From Rhodosorus marinus CCMP1338 (taxonomy: Eukaryota; Plantae; Rhodophyta), in the NCBI GenBank assembly GCA_029953675.1, contig JAMWBK010000011.1, positions 1,240,001 to 1,304,000 of the forward strand: DNA of 64,000 nucleotides. The letters run 5' to 3'. Below are positions 37,619 to 49,939 of this stretch, in pieces. Position numbers and translations under genes: made by a program. The notes below the pieces were generated by a model. It was given only the letters and a program-made list of their open reading frames with translations. It had not been told where the DNA came from and made no database searches. Position 1 is the stretch's first letter. Every line of letters begins with the position of its first letter.

Positions 37619-37972
37619 TCAAAGCAACGGATTCTTCACAAAAAGCGACAGTCCGTCCTTGCAAAAGCTTTCACCTACACAGCGAACACATAAAACACAG
37701 TTGACCGACGCAACTGATAAAACAGAGTTCACGGATGCAACGGAAAGTACCGTGTTCACGCTCGCAACGGAACCGAACGAAGTAAGTGATACAAGCGAGA
37801 AAGTAGCAAGCCAGCAGAGCAATGAAAAATTGGAGCTCATAGACAATGTGCTAAAAGCCGAATTGCGGCTTTTATACGACATGAACGACTCCTTCCCTCC
37901 AAACAGTTTCCCCCAGCCACCTTTCTTCTCCGTTCTTGCCTCAGCGGCAGGAGCCTGTTCAAAATCCGACAT
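37619..37972 (-). CDS. Small Ser/Val-repeat hypothetical protein
   Basis: Intronless 117-aa ORF with ATG, a repeated SVASVN.VL motif (3x) and a Cys-containing end (CVLCVRCVGESFC). Confidence 0.7.
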   Translation of the reverse strand: MSDFEQAPAAEARTEKKGGWGKLFGGKESFMSYKSRNSAFSTLSMSSNFSLLCWLATFSLVSLTSFGSVASVNTVLSVASVNSVLSVASVNCVLCVRCVGESFCKDGLSLFVKNPLL

Positions 37973-39887
37973 GATGAATCCCTGAACCGTTGTTAGACTA
38001 CAACTTGTTCAAAACAATCCTCCAAAGCTCCTTGTTCTCACACAAAGAATCCAAGAAACTTGTGCCTGTTGACACCTCTCCCCAATATCTCCCGCTCACC
38101 AACAACTCCCGGCTACCCTACAACGCTAGCCAACATGGGACTTCACTGGACTCCAGAAACGAGCATCTAATAAGCAACATCCGAAACACCATCGTACGAC
38201 ATGCTCTCAGATTCAGTGGCTGTAGAGAATATAGTAGAAAAATCCCATCGATCTCTCTTAGAGAAATGGCCGTTTTTTAATTTAATCCTTTCGATCGCTT
38301 TTTTACTGTACTAATTCCTTATATTGCTCTCCATGCTCGATAATACTTTTCGATACGTTTTTCTATTTTGTATATTTCGTTTTAATTCTTTTTGATACGT
38401 TTTATTCGGTTTCTATGTTTGTTTTATGTTTTCTATTCGTTTTAATACTTTTCTGACTTCAGTGATTGAGAGGCGCCGCTTCTTCTCGAATGAAGCATCC
38501 AAGAAAGTTGAGGGTGATGATGACACCTCTCCACAGAGCAGCTCCCGGCCACCAAGAACTTCCGCCCAGCGTAGGCACAAACACCTGCTTTGGTTCGTAA
38601 GCAAACTTTTCGTGAAAAGCTAGTTCGGCTGATATCTTGGTTGTCCTTTCAGAGAAAGTAAAAACTCTGGGGGTTCTGATACCGAATTCCTCGATTTTGC
38701 AATAGGCAGAGAGTTTTGTTAGTCCCCATCGCATGTCCCGTCGCCAAAATGACCTGCTGCTTCGAACAACCCTCATAGAGAAGCTGAGTCATTGACAGAT
38801 GGATGCGACAGGGCTGAGCTTGTAGAACCGTGTATGTTGGGTGTTGGTTAATGGAGTGTGAACACAGATGCCTGGGTTGCGCTAGTCGAGCAAGGATGCT
38901 ATGGCGGGAAGGTGTGGCTGGAGTACACCCGGTAGGTAAGGACATTTAAAGTATGCGGTTTTAGAATCAGGCCGGATGATTTTTCATAATGCAACCGTTC
39001 AGCAAGCGAATAGCTCTTCGTGTTCCAGAGCTAAACGTTTGTGTCTATCGCGTTCTTTGTTGTGAGTCTGTGCTAGTCGGGAGACTTGAAGCTGAGAGGT
39101 CTCTCTATGCGCCGCCCCTGCAGGAGCTATTGAATAGCGTAAAACGTCTATTGCACCAAAGATCCCACCTCGCGTAAAACCCCCGTCCCAAACTCGTGTC
39201 GGTCCTGTATCGCAGGCCTTCGAATTCGCGAAGGAAAGCCAGCAGAGTAGTCTTGCACGTTCAGTGATTCTCTAATATAAATTCGCGAACATCCTAGTCC
39301 TAAAGCCACCTCAAAAATGTTCAGAACTCTTTGCGCCGAGGACGTCAAGTAGTCAGTGCACGGACCGAAACCATACTTCGTGGTTTCCTGTTCACCAAGG
39401 AAAGTAAATCAAAAGACACGTGCTTATTTATAATTGCTTTATATATATGAGAAGGATAAATGATTGGATAAACTTTTCAAAAACTACACGTGGCATATTT
39501 TAATTAACTAAGTTTTGACGCGTGGACAATTTCTACTAGGTGATGGTCGACAATTACACGTGTATATTCACTATTGTAGAAATAATATCGTTTATTGATT
39601 ATTTATGAGAAGACCGGAGATTGCTTGTGGTCGTGGGTATGTACGCTGGAGTCGATGTTGAAGGGGATGGCATAATGATATCGATCAGTGGAGATCGTTG
39701 TTGGCATAAGGGTTGGAGGGCGTGTAATGAGCAACGGAGGTCAAACGTCCTGGAACGGGTGTTATCGTTTCGTCTTTTGGCTGAGGTGTCTATGCGACTG
39801 GGAATTGTTTGGCTGAGGGTTTTTGAGGAAGGGAACAGGCTTCTGAATTTCGAGTTTTGCCAGCGACGCGTGGGAGTGGACTGGACG

Positions 39888-41962
39888 ATGAACGCTGGGT
39901 TTGTTATAGGCAGTGAAGTAGGTTTCCTCGGGCGACTGAAAAAAGATGGGTTGGTCTCGCATGGGGGCAGGCGGTTTATGAGTCGATGGAGCAAAGGTCC
40001 TAGACCCTTTTTGCGAATGTGCGCAGGGTCGGACGATACTCCATTTGCCATCACGACCCCGCTGTTTTATGTAAATGCTGAGCCACATATGGGGTCTGCC
40101 TATACGACAATGGCTACGGATGCGATATCGCGATCCCTTCGGATGAGTGGTAAGAACCCGGTGATGATTACTGGTTGTGATGAGCACGGGGACAAGATCA
40201 GAATGTCAGCCGAGAAGCTGGGGAGATCGCCAAGAGATCATTGTGACAAAATTTCGTCGCAGTTTGTCACCCTTTTCGACAAATTGGGAATTGATTACGA
40301 CAAATTCTGCAGGACAACGAACCCCGTCCACGAGACAATTGTTGAGCAATTCATGAACAGGTAGGCGCATTGCGTTCGACACGATTTGCAATAGCAACGC
40401 AATCCCCGCTGCTGAGGTATTCCCGCCATCTCAAAAACGCTTAGGGTTTGGGACAACGGCGACATCTACAAATCAGAGTACGAAGGACTCTACTGCACAG
40501 GATGCGAAGAGTACAAGGATACCAAGGATCTAGTGAACAAGGATGAGTGCCCCGTTCATCAAACAAAATGCGAGTCTAGAAAAGAGGAGAACTACTTTTT
40601 TGCATTATCAAAGTACCAGAGCCAGATTGAGAAGCTGCTTGAGGAGAACCCAGATTTTGTTCAGCCCGCGCGGTCGAGAAATGAGGTAAGTCTCTGAGGT
40701 CTCTTGAGTAGGCCGTAGATCCAACCAAAAACCTAATCCAATCTTGCCTCATAAGAAGTGCTGACCTGCGCGAGAATCTTTTCTACTCGACCATGAAGGT
40801 GCTCTCGTGGGTGAAAAGCGGTTTGAGAGATTTCTCCGTTTCTCGGGCCAACAATCCATGGGGAATTCCCGTGCCTAAAGACAACTCGCAAACGATATAC
40901 GTCTGGTTTGATGCTCTTCTGGGGTACATATCGTCACTGCTAGAGCCTGGCGACGAGCCGACGATTGAGAATGCGATTGCCCGGGGATGGCCGGCGAAGG
41001 TGCACATCATTGGTAAAGACATCCTGCGATTTCACGCCATTTATTGGCCAGCGATGCTCATGTCCGCGGGTCTGGAGCTTCCCGAGGTGGTCTTTGGTCA
41101 TGGATTTCTCACCAAAGACGGCCTGAAGATGGGCAAATCTTTGGGAAATACCCTAGATCCTTTTGAGCTGGTTGGAACATATGGCGCTGACGCTACGCGA
41201 TATTTTTTCCTTCGATCAATCGAGTTTGGCAGCGACGGAGACTATAATGAGGTAGGAAGTCGGATGAGGCCATTGAGCGCCCTGCGCTTCTTTGCACGTG
41301 GGCGACGCTGAACACTCAAGTGCTGTGTTGTTGTTACAGGAGAGGTTCATAAGCACTGTCAACGCGGACTTGGCGAACAACCTCGGCAACCTGTTGAACC
41401 GAAGCATGAACTTGATTCGGAAGAACTGTGACTTGATGTATGAGCTAGACTCGAGTGATATTGACCATCCTTTCAGGGAGAGGGCATCGCAGTTAGCTAC
41501 GCTCGTCCCCAAGAACCTTAAACAACTGCACTTTACTGGTGCCTGCCAGCCAATCGTAGAGTATCTTGGTCAGGCCAACCTGTATATTGCTGAGGAAGAA
41601 CCGTGGACGCTCTTCAAGCAGGGCGAGAGGGAGCGTGCAGTCCGATGTCTTTGTACCTGCTTGGAGGTTGTTCGAGTGTCCGCTGTTTTGCTCAAACCAG
41701 TCACACCGATGCTGTCCGACCGAATTTATCAATCCCTGGGTCTTCCTGAACAGCAATGGCAAGGTAAGACAGCCAAGACAGTCCGAGAAGATGGTATCAG
41801 ACACGGTCTAAACAAACGATTCAAACGTGTTTCTTCTTGGCTGTTTTCCATTCAGATCTGAGATGGTCCGACGCGGAATGGGGCGGTCTTAAACAAGGTC
41901 ACAAGTTTCCGAAGCCAGTGCCAGTTTTCCCAAGGCTCGAAGCACCCGCACCTGTCGCTTAA
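39888..41962 (+). CDS. metG: Methionine--tRNA ligase, organellar (plastid/mitochondrial)
   Basis: Exons 39888-40360, 40445-40685, 40799-41251, 41340-41763 and 41856-41962. Motifs TTPLFYVNAEPHMGSAY, CTGCEE knuckle, YVWFDAL, GKDILRFH and KMGKS. Transit-peptide-like MNAGFV...RPFLRM. Confidence 0.95.
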
Positions 41963-42313
41963 CTCGAAAAAAAACCTGTGACCGTTTGTCGAACATTTGT
42001 ACCATAAACGAACTACACCTAGGCCTTGTATTATATGCCAACCGATAATGCCCGAGGCGCTGTGGCTTTACCAATCGAATCCATGACGCGATCCGTTCGG
42101 TGCGAGTCGTGGTCGGGTGTTCCGGGCAAGCTCCCCAACGGGTATGGCACATCTACCGCCTCGGGGATTTGTCTGCGACGGACGTTTTCTCAGCTTTCAC
42201 TAATCCATGTCCGATCTGTTGTGAGCGCACGCTCCAGGATTACTAGTGCTGTGGTGACACTCAGCAACGTTGTGTTTCAGTTCATTAAGGCCATACGTCT
42301 AGGAGGGTTTGTA

Positions 42314-43031
42314 TCACTTTCTACTCGTGTAGCTGACAGCGACGAGGCAGAGTATTGCTAGTACCACAGCCTGGGCGAGCATTCGCCTGATGTGATAATT
42401 CGGGTATAGTCGAAACTCTTTTGCGCCGGAAAAGTCTTTCAACGGGCCGGGCTCATCGTGAGTGAGAGAGAAGAGCTATTGGGAAGTTGGAACACCAAGA
42501 AAGGGTGACCAGGATGTCAGAATTGCGTCGCTAGTGATGGCTGGCTGGCTGGCTCATATAGCTTACGTTGGCTGGGGTCACGCATACGGTAAGAGCGAAG
42601 AGTGCATTGGCACTCCATGGGCCAACCCATCCAGGGACGTACGGGACACCGCCTAGCAGAACGCCAAGGCCACCGAGGATCTCAGCTATACCAGACCAGA
42701 TAACATGAAAATTTGGCGATCCAGGGATATACCACCACCCCCATGCTCCCCAACTAGGAACTATCCTTGCGTAGCTCTCCGGGTACACAAAGTGAGCAAC
42801 ACCACCGGCCACGAAGAGCAAACCAGCTATCCTCAAGACCACCCAAACGATCGAACGCTTGCCAAGAATAGTCTCCAAAACCACAACGATCGCGAAAGCT
42901 AAAACCAGTATCCCCGTGGCAATGCCAATGGTTGCCAAGGCCTGCGCCCTCTTCGACAGGCTCGATATGTACCCAGCTTCAAACAGCTTCTTACTCGATA
43001 GAATCCAAGGAGTATCCATTGCTGGCTTCAA
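42314..43031 (-). CDS. DoxX/MauE-like membrane protein (copy A), N-terminus unresolved
   Basis: GGVAHFVYPESYARIVP, WYIPGS..FHVIWSGIAEILGG, TPAN. Intron 42566-42476, then a last exon with HIRRMLAQ ending at TGA 42314. Confidence 0.75.
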
Positions 43032-43369
43032 TGCAACGGTTTCCCTTAACTAGAAAGCTTGTGCTGACCGTCCCTCGCCAAGTTATCCGCCTTGTTTGGA
43101 GACACAGGCCAGTCAGTTCGTCCATTTCCGTAGCAGGAGCAGGTGTTCGTCACGTCGAACATGCGCGGGTTGCCGCTACTTAATCACTAGGTAGAGGACC
43201 GGATGTTTCGGAGCTTTTCCGAAGTTTACTTGCTTCGAGAGGGAAAAAGCAATGGGGCATTTCGATCAACTGGGGTTTGAACCGTCTTGGCTCAGAGGAT
43301 GATGTGCATCCGTTGCTGATTCGAATACAACCGAGGGGGGTTTTGAGAGAAAAGAGGTTGATCCTGGAT

Positions 43370-44182
43370 TCAAATGTGGAAGTCCACTGCCATACTGTAT
43401 AGAGCAGATAGAAGCGCAACTTGGAGGACCATCCTAATCACGTGTTTGTCAGGTGTGAGCGCGGCGTTCTCTCCCAACCAGGCTTTCACTGGCCCCAGCG
43501 CTCCGTGGGTAACCATATACATCTATCAGGGCAAGCAAGAGGTCCTTCTATGTTAAGGGCTTTCAAGGTAGTTTCCTACTCTTAAGGATTGACATTTCTG
43601 GGATTGCCTCACGTTCGAAGGGGTGACGACGACAACTAACAAAAAAAGTCCAGCGGCAGCATACGGGCCCACCCACAGTGGGAGAAAGGGTAGATCACCG
43701 AGGAGCACTCCTAGCCCGCCGAGGACCTCTTCGACACCGGTCCATTTCGTGTGAAACTCGGCAGAACCGGGCAAGTACCAATAGCCCCATGCTCCCTTCT
43801 CGGGCACCATCGACGCGAAGTCTTGCAACAACGTGAAATGCTGGACGCCAGCAGCAGCGAAAAGAAGCCCAAGCGCTCGTGAAAAAACTCGAAGAACTCG
43901 TATCGATCGCATCTTCGGAGCGACAAGTGTGTTCAGCGCAACAGTCGCAAGAGCGATCCCAGCATAAATTAGCAAAGTGACAGCAGCCTGAATTGGCTCG
44001 GACAGGGTGGAGATATACCCTGGATCATTCGGACCCACTTCCATTCTCATGGCTGATCGCCTCAAGCTCGGCCTCAGGTTGAAAGAGCCTACCGTTTTAC
44101 CATACCTCTGCGTCCAAGAGCACTGACCTCGTGTTCCGCGCAGAAGACCATTGCTCGACCAAACAAATCCAAGCTCAACCAT
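43370..44182 (-). CDS. DoxX/MauE-like membrane protein (copy B), plastid-targeted
   Basis: MVELGFV...RRSAMRM transit peptide. AGVQHF, WYLPGSAEFH, TPSN. Intron 43612-43523; exon 2 is MYMVTHG...HVIRMVLQ. Confidence 0.85.
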
Positions 44183-45376
44183 GTTTCACAGCATGCGGTT
44201 TTAAAAAACCAGATGAAAGTCTCCGTCACTTTCACAGGGAAGCAGCAAGTGCTTGACAACCCAAATCGGTGGCTCTCACGTAGCGCGTTTGTACGTAGCC
44301 TAGCTGGAACGGTGAAATCGAATCTTTCTAGCAAGCAAGTTCCCAAAAAGACGACATCAAGTATACTGACCTGAAGATCGAGAGGAGACGTCGCGCCGAT
44401 CGACAAGTCAGAAGAAATGGATAAGCGTCTTGAAATACGTTAAAATGTACAAGACAGGCTGTTGGATCTTTTGGATTGAATATCTCGAGCTTTCGATGAG
44501 TAGAAACACAGAACGGATTCAAAGGTCATCTTTGCAGCTCTGGTAGAGAGGGTTCGTGTGCGGACGCCAGTTCGGATTTACAACATCGGTTTAGTCTTTT
44601 GTTAATGATGATAGCCGGTTGCCATGCTGAAAAAATTCGAAGAACTCGTATCGATCGCATCTTCGGAGCGACAAGCGAGTTCAGCGCAACAGTCGCCGGA
44701 GCGATCCAAGCATAAATTAGCAAAACGACAGCAGCCTGAGTTGGCTCGGACAAGGTGGCTATGTATCCAGGATCACTAGGACCCACTTCCACTCTTACGG
44801 CCGATCGCCTCAAGCTCGGCCTCAGGTTGAAAGAGCCTACCGTTTTACCATTCCTCTGCGTCCAAGAGCACTGACCTCGTGTTCCAAGCCGAAGACCATT
44901 GCTCGACCAAGCAAATCCAAGCTCAATCATGTTTCATAAGCATATGGGTAAAACAGAAGAAAGTCTCCGTCACTTTCACAGAGAAGCAACTTGTACTTGA
45001 TAACCAAAACCAGCGGCTCTCACGCAGCGCGTTTGTACACAGCAAGGCTGGAACGGTGAAATCGAATCTATCTGGCAAGACGCAAATTCCCCGCAAAGAC
45101 GACATCAAGTACACTGAACTGAAGATCGAGAAGAGCTATTGTGCCGATCGCCAAGTTTAGAACAAATGGATAAGCGTCTTGAAATATGTTAAAATAGAAT
45201 AGACAGGCTGTTGGATCTTTTAGATTGAATATCTCGAGCTTTCGATGAGTGAAAGACAGAACGGATTCAAGGTCATCCTATGCAGTTTTGATAGGGCTGG
45301 TTCGCAGCGGACGCCAGTTCGGATTTGCGAGATCGGTTTAGTCTTATGTTAAGGATGATAGCCGGTTGCCATGCTG
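43880..45376. repeat. Direct tandem duplication, ~748-bp unit (43880-44627 / 44628-45376)
   Basis: The two units are colinear and highly similar across coding and intergenic DNA. Confidence 0.9.
44526..44930 (-). pseudogene. Chimeric truncated DoxX-like copy C
   Basis: The 5' part is nearly identical to copy B up to RVLRIFS. It is then fused out of frame to the last codons of copy D (gcatggcaaccggctatcat). The DoxX core is missing. Confidence 0.85.
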
Positions 45377-46153
45377 TACAGGATTGCAAGGAGCCCACAT
45401 TGTAGGAGGGCTCTGAACACGTGGGCAGGAGCTGGGATGGTTGCCTCCTGACCTGTCATCTCCTTAACTGGTCCAGATTCTCCATGCGTGATTGATCTCA
45501 GCTGTTGGCAGAGGAGTAAAAGGCGGTTTGATGTCAATGGCTGGTAAGTTTGGTGCGTGCTTTTCTTGTTTCGGTTGGGGTATTACATTGGCAGGCGTTA
45601 CGCATATGGTAAGCAAGAAGAGACCGGCTGCTCCCCAAGGGCCCACCCATAGTGGAATAAACGGTAGATCGCCACCAAGGACGGCTAGGCCTCCCGCAAT
45701 TTCCGCCACTCCGGTCCAAAGGACGTGGAATTTAGCAGAGCCTGGCAAGTACCACCAGCCCCATTCCCCTCGCTCGGGCATCACCTTGCAAAATCCGTCT
45801 AGGTATTGAAAGTGTCCGAATCCCGCAAATGCGTAGACAAAACCAAGAAGCCTAGACGCTGGAAGAGCATATGGGGCATGACGCAGCACCGGGACGACGA
45901 GATCGATCAACGCGACTGTTCCCAACGCAATCCCAACGCTTATTCCCAATGTGATTGCCGCTTGCTGGCCTTTGGGTAACGTGGAGATATATCCGGAGTC
46001 CAAAGGGCTCAGCTCCGTGGCCATTCTCAATCTCCTATCGATCGCCACCTTCGAACCGCCTCGAAATCTACCCGCGGACGCGCGACCTCGTAACCCGTTT
46101 CCAATCAAACGTGTTGTCGGTTGAACAAAACCTACGCGAGCAATGGCTGCCAT
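45349..46153 (-). CDS. DoxX/MauE-like membrane protein (copy D), plastid-targeted
   Basis: MAAIARVGFV...RRLRM transit peptide. AGFGHF, WYLPGSAKFHVLWTGVAE, TPAN. Intron 45586-45502; exon 2 is LRSITHG...HVFRALLQ. Confidence 0.85.
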
Positions 46154-47525
46154 CCTTACTTCCACAGTGTTCGACGGCCGTGTACTCCCTCAGTTTCAAC
46201 CTGAAACTACTCACAAACTGGTACAGCTTAACACCTGATCGCCTTTCCGTTTCAACAAGCTTCTTCGCTCACCCTTCCATTCAAAGGAGCTAAGTCCAGC
46301 AGCAGAGCTCCAAGTTCGTGCATCAACATGTTACGCCCGATTCACGAAAACTACTCTTTCCGAAAATCAGGTGGGCGATCTTGTTGCGTTAACAAACTCA
46401 TCTGGGAATGTATTCTTGTATCTAATTACTTATATTATTCGATTCTCCGCGCGTTCACGATCTAATTATTTCAATTAGACAAGTAGGGCTTTTTCGTAGT
46501 CTTAGAACATCCGGAGTAGTGTTCTTGTTGGAGATGATGACTGAATGCTGAATAGAATGTTTAAATCGGAAATACGAGGGTTCATTCAAGATTTTGGGTC
46601 AGTTTTTCCGGGCTCGTTGAATTGCTGAGTTACTGAGAGACAGTTTTCCCGTTTCCAAAGGATAATATTCCATTAACATAGAAATGGTGCTGCTGGGGAT
46701 GGAGTCCGCTTTGCACCGTTTCTTTTATTGACCGTTTGGACTTTGGGGAGTCACAGGATGAATGTCCTCTTGCGGCTAATTTGCCTGGCTAACGTTCCTC
46801 GCCAGCAACCGACTGTACTACGTAATACAGGTCCGATAAGCTTTTATCGGACGGAGACGACAACCCTATCTAGGTCGACGTACGACGTAAGCTGATTTTG
46901 CTGTTCCTCATCCTCGGGCTAGTCGCTATTTGACAGTTTGGGGGTTATTCAATCAGCTGGATTATTGGTTTTCCACATGTCAGAACGCTCTGCGGCCCGT
47001 TCAGCAAACGGTTCACGTTACCCGCGTCACCACCAGTTCTACTCTGAGGAAGGCGATGCTCACCTCCACACCCAGACCGATCCTAAATTCAGATAATTCG
47101 ATATTCTCAAGCTGAAATAATCCTATTAAAAACGATACAGTTCAATTTCAGAATTAACTATATATTGCAACCAAGCGTGTACCCCAGGAGTAAACAAAAC
47201 GATTTAGGCTTTAATAGTAAAATATAAGGCTCTATTTCTTCGGTTTTCTTCGAATACCACCCCTGCTGAGAAACGGTAACGACTCAAAGCAATTTATATT
47301 TAACGAAATCTATTCTTCGTGAATGGAATTTAACTTATATTTTATCCGTAAGACTATAGTATAGTGTAGGAAACCTAAAACTCGGCGGCGGTACGTTGGT
47401 GAGAACGGTGACGGGACGATTGGTAAGCAATAGTAAACAGTGTGCGACGGTGTGAGGGGGGGTAGACCTGTGCTGTTAAGAGAAGGCTAGGCAATAGCTT
47501 AAGTTTTGAAAGGGTTTTGATAGTG

Positions 47526-48444
47526 ATGGCTGAAGTGGTGGAAAACGTTGTTACTACGGAAGAGGTGGAGAAAGCAGTGAATGCGAACTCGAGTCCTCGA
47601 CCCGAGAAGCCACGGTTCGAGAAAGTTAAGGCCAGGGATGGAAAGGTGAGAGGAGTTATTTAACTCCGACGTCCGTCGTCGGCGACTGCCTGGCACCATT
47701 GCTGAGTGTTCCTTGTTTACTGTACCTTTCCAGGGGCTTAAAACCCAGTTCAGAAAGGTGCTGGTTCCGGCGCACAGGTATACTCCGTTGAAATCGCAGT
47801 GGACAGAAATCTACAAGCCTCTGGTCGAAAATCTCAAGCTTCAAGTGAGAATGAACCTGAAATCTAGATGCGTGGAAATGAAGGTGAGCTTTTGCGTTCT
47901 CTGACCTTCTTATGAGTTGATACAGCGAGGCTCAACTGACGCTTTTTGAACAGGTTTCTCCGCACACCGAAGACCCAGAGGCAATTCAGAAAGGAGCAGA
48001 TTTCGTAAAGGCGTTCATTCTAGGGTTTGAAATCCGAGATTCGCTTGCTCTACTCCGAATTGATGACCTCTTCATAGAATCCTTTGAAATTCACGACGTG
48101 AAAGTACTCCATGGAGACCACCTTTCTCGAGCAATTGGGCGGCTGGCAGGAAAGGATGGAAAAACGAAGTTCACCATTGAAAATGCGACGAAAACGAGAA
48201 TCGTTCTCGCTGACACGAAAGTACACATCCTTGGGTCGTACCAGAACACTCGACTTGCGCGCAACGCTATTTGCAGCCTAATTCTAGGTATCCCTCTCCT
48301 CGCTCAAGAGGATCCCGACAGAGCAAAAATATGCTTTGCAAGCCTCTCAACAGTGGTTCTTTTTCTTGCTTTACAGGTGCTCCACCTGGAAAGATATATA
48401 ACAAGCTGAAAGTCGTCGCTTCAAGAATGAATGAGAGATTCTGA
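47526..48444 (+). CDS. PNO1: RNA-binding protein PNO1/Dim2 (KH domain, 40S biogenesis)
   Basis: Exons 47526-47645, 47734-47883, 47954-48287 and 48377-48444. Motifs [46 protein letters not shown] and [11 protein letters not shown]. Confidence 0.96.
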
Positions 48445-49464
48445 ATCAACTGTGGGTGTGAGTAGCGAGTGATTGATTTATCTTGAACTAACTGGAGGAG
48501 CACGTTCGAAACGGCGGGGTGTGGAAATAAATACTCATTTAAGCGGGATGAAAAGTTGATATCGGTGCGGTTGTGAAGTTCGCGTACTATGCACCGGCTT
48601 GAAGATTACTTTTTCCTGCTCTGCAAGAGGGCAGCGTCACGCGCTGGTTTTGGGTTCTCTGAAATCAGGGCGGAGTCGAGTACCTCATTTTCTTGCGAAG
48701 GAATTCCTGAAGCAATAATTAACAAGTTCAGTGTTTGTTAACCGCAGGACTTTCGCTATGTATCGCGGAGCAAGATCGACGAGAAAGGCAGTTAATCCCG
48801 AACTGCTCATGTGCGCACGCTGTGCGCGCATGACTTGTGAGCTTTTCGATTCAGGCCCTTTCTACAATTGTTTGCCTGGTGTTTTGTTTCATATCTAACC
48901 GGACCACCAGGGCAAGCCAAGGAATCTCACTTTTGATTCGCAAATCACATGGACCGTCAAGCAAGTGGAAAGGGTCTATAGATCTGGACCCGTCCGGTTC
49001 GGCAGCTGCTGAGTTTCGAAGCTACAAGCTACAACGTCCTATACGCGGAGCCTCGTAGATTCCTCGAGGCAAAAGAGTCGGCTCTTTTACGAATATTTTC
49101 TGTTTTTCCAAAACAGCTTCTTGGCATCAGAATCCGATCCCCGCGTCCAGCCCTGACTTCACAAGGACCTCCATAGAGAGGCCCGACCATGATTGTTGTG
49201 GAACTGCGAAAACGCTTAACAATATCAGCTCATGGGAAGCATTAGTGAAGGGCTTACTTTCCGTCCGTGTCTCAGACCTCGTGCAGACCGATGTCGGGGT
49301 TCAAACCCGTTCGTTCCATTCAAAATAGTCATCTTTCTCCTCTAATTTCGGAGCTCAGGAAATATTGTGTTCTCCAGCAGTCGTCCATTCCTCTTTTGGC
49401 TCAGCTTGCACCGTCAGAATTTCTATAACAATTGACACTATTATGCAACCCGCGCTGTCTCGGC

Positions 49465-49633
49465 CAAGAGTTTTGTGGAACTTACGAAATCGCGGCTCTG
49501 AAAAGCTTACTTTCAGCCCTTGCCTCAAAATTCGTGCTGCCCGATGTGTCCCATTGGTCTGCTCGAAGTCTGAGGCACGGACTGAAAGCAAGCTTTTCAG
49601 ATCCGCGATTTCATGAGTTCCACGAAACTCTTG
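49465..49633. repeat. Long imperfect hairpin (~60-bp arms)
   Basis: caagagttttgtggaacttacgaaatcgcggctctgaaaagcttactttcagccc pairs with ggactgaaagcaagcttttcagatccgcgatttcatgagttccacgaaactcttg. tgcctca/tgaggca extends the stem. Confidence 0.85.
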
Positions 49634-49759
49634 CTTTGCAAGTCCGCGAAAGATTACTGGAACTTCATCATACATCGTCCGTTAACCCCCTCTCATGACA
49701 CAAGTTGCTATCCTTACCACCGTACTTCCGCGTTTTGCCTTGCGCCAAAAAAATGCTCG

Positions 49760-49939
49760 ATGGTTTCGGTGAATGGGTACTTTCGAATGAAGGCTGGAAT
49801 GGAGGGTCAAGCTGAAACTCTCATGAATGTTTTAATTGAGGAGGGCGAGCTATATCCGTACGTGAAATTCTACCAATTACACGTTCGCGTTCATGGTCTG
49901 TGCAGCTCACTAATGTTGTTGAACTGCGCCAGAAGTTAA
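49760..49939 (+). pseudogene. Truncated ABM-like barrel gene (copy 1)
   Basis: MVSVNGYFRMKAG...PYVKFY matches the N-terminal third of copy 2, then diverges. Confidence 0.75.

Noticed and set aside
38280-39350. AT-rich degenerate repeats (38280-38460) and neighbouring short ORFs
   Set aside because: Low-complexity DNA; the ORFs lack motifs and could not be spliced into a coherent gene.
49235-49318. 84-nt tRNA-like stretch with GGTTCAAACCC and GGAAGCA...TCGTTCCA ends
   Set aside because: The acceptor, anticodon and T stems have several mismatches and there is no A-box. At best it is a decayed pseudo-tRNA; tRNAscan-SE would settle it.
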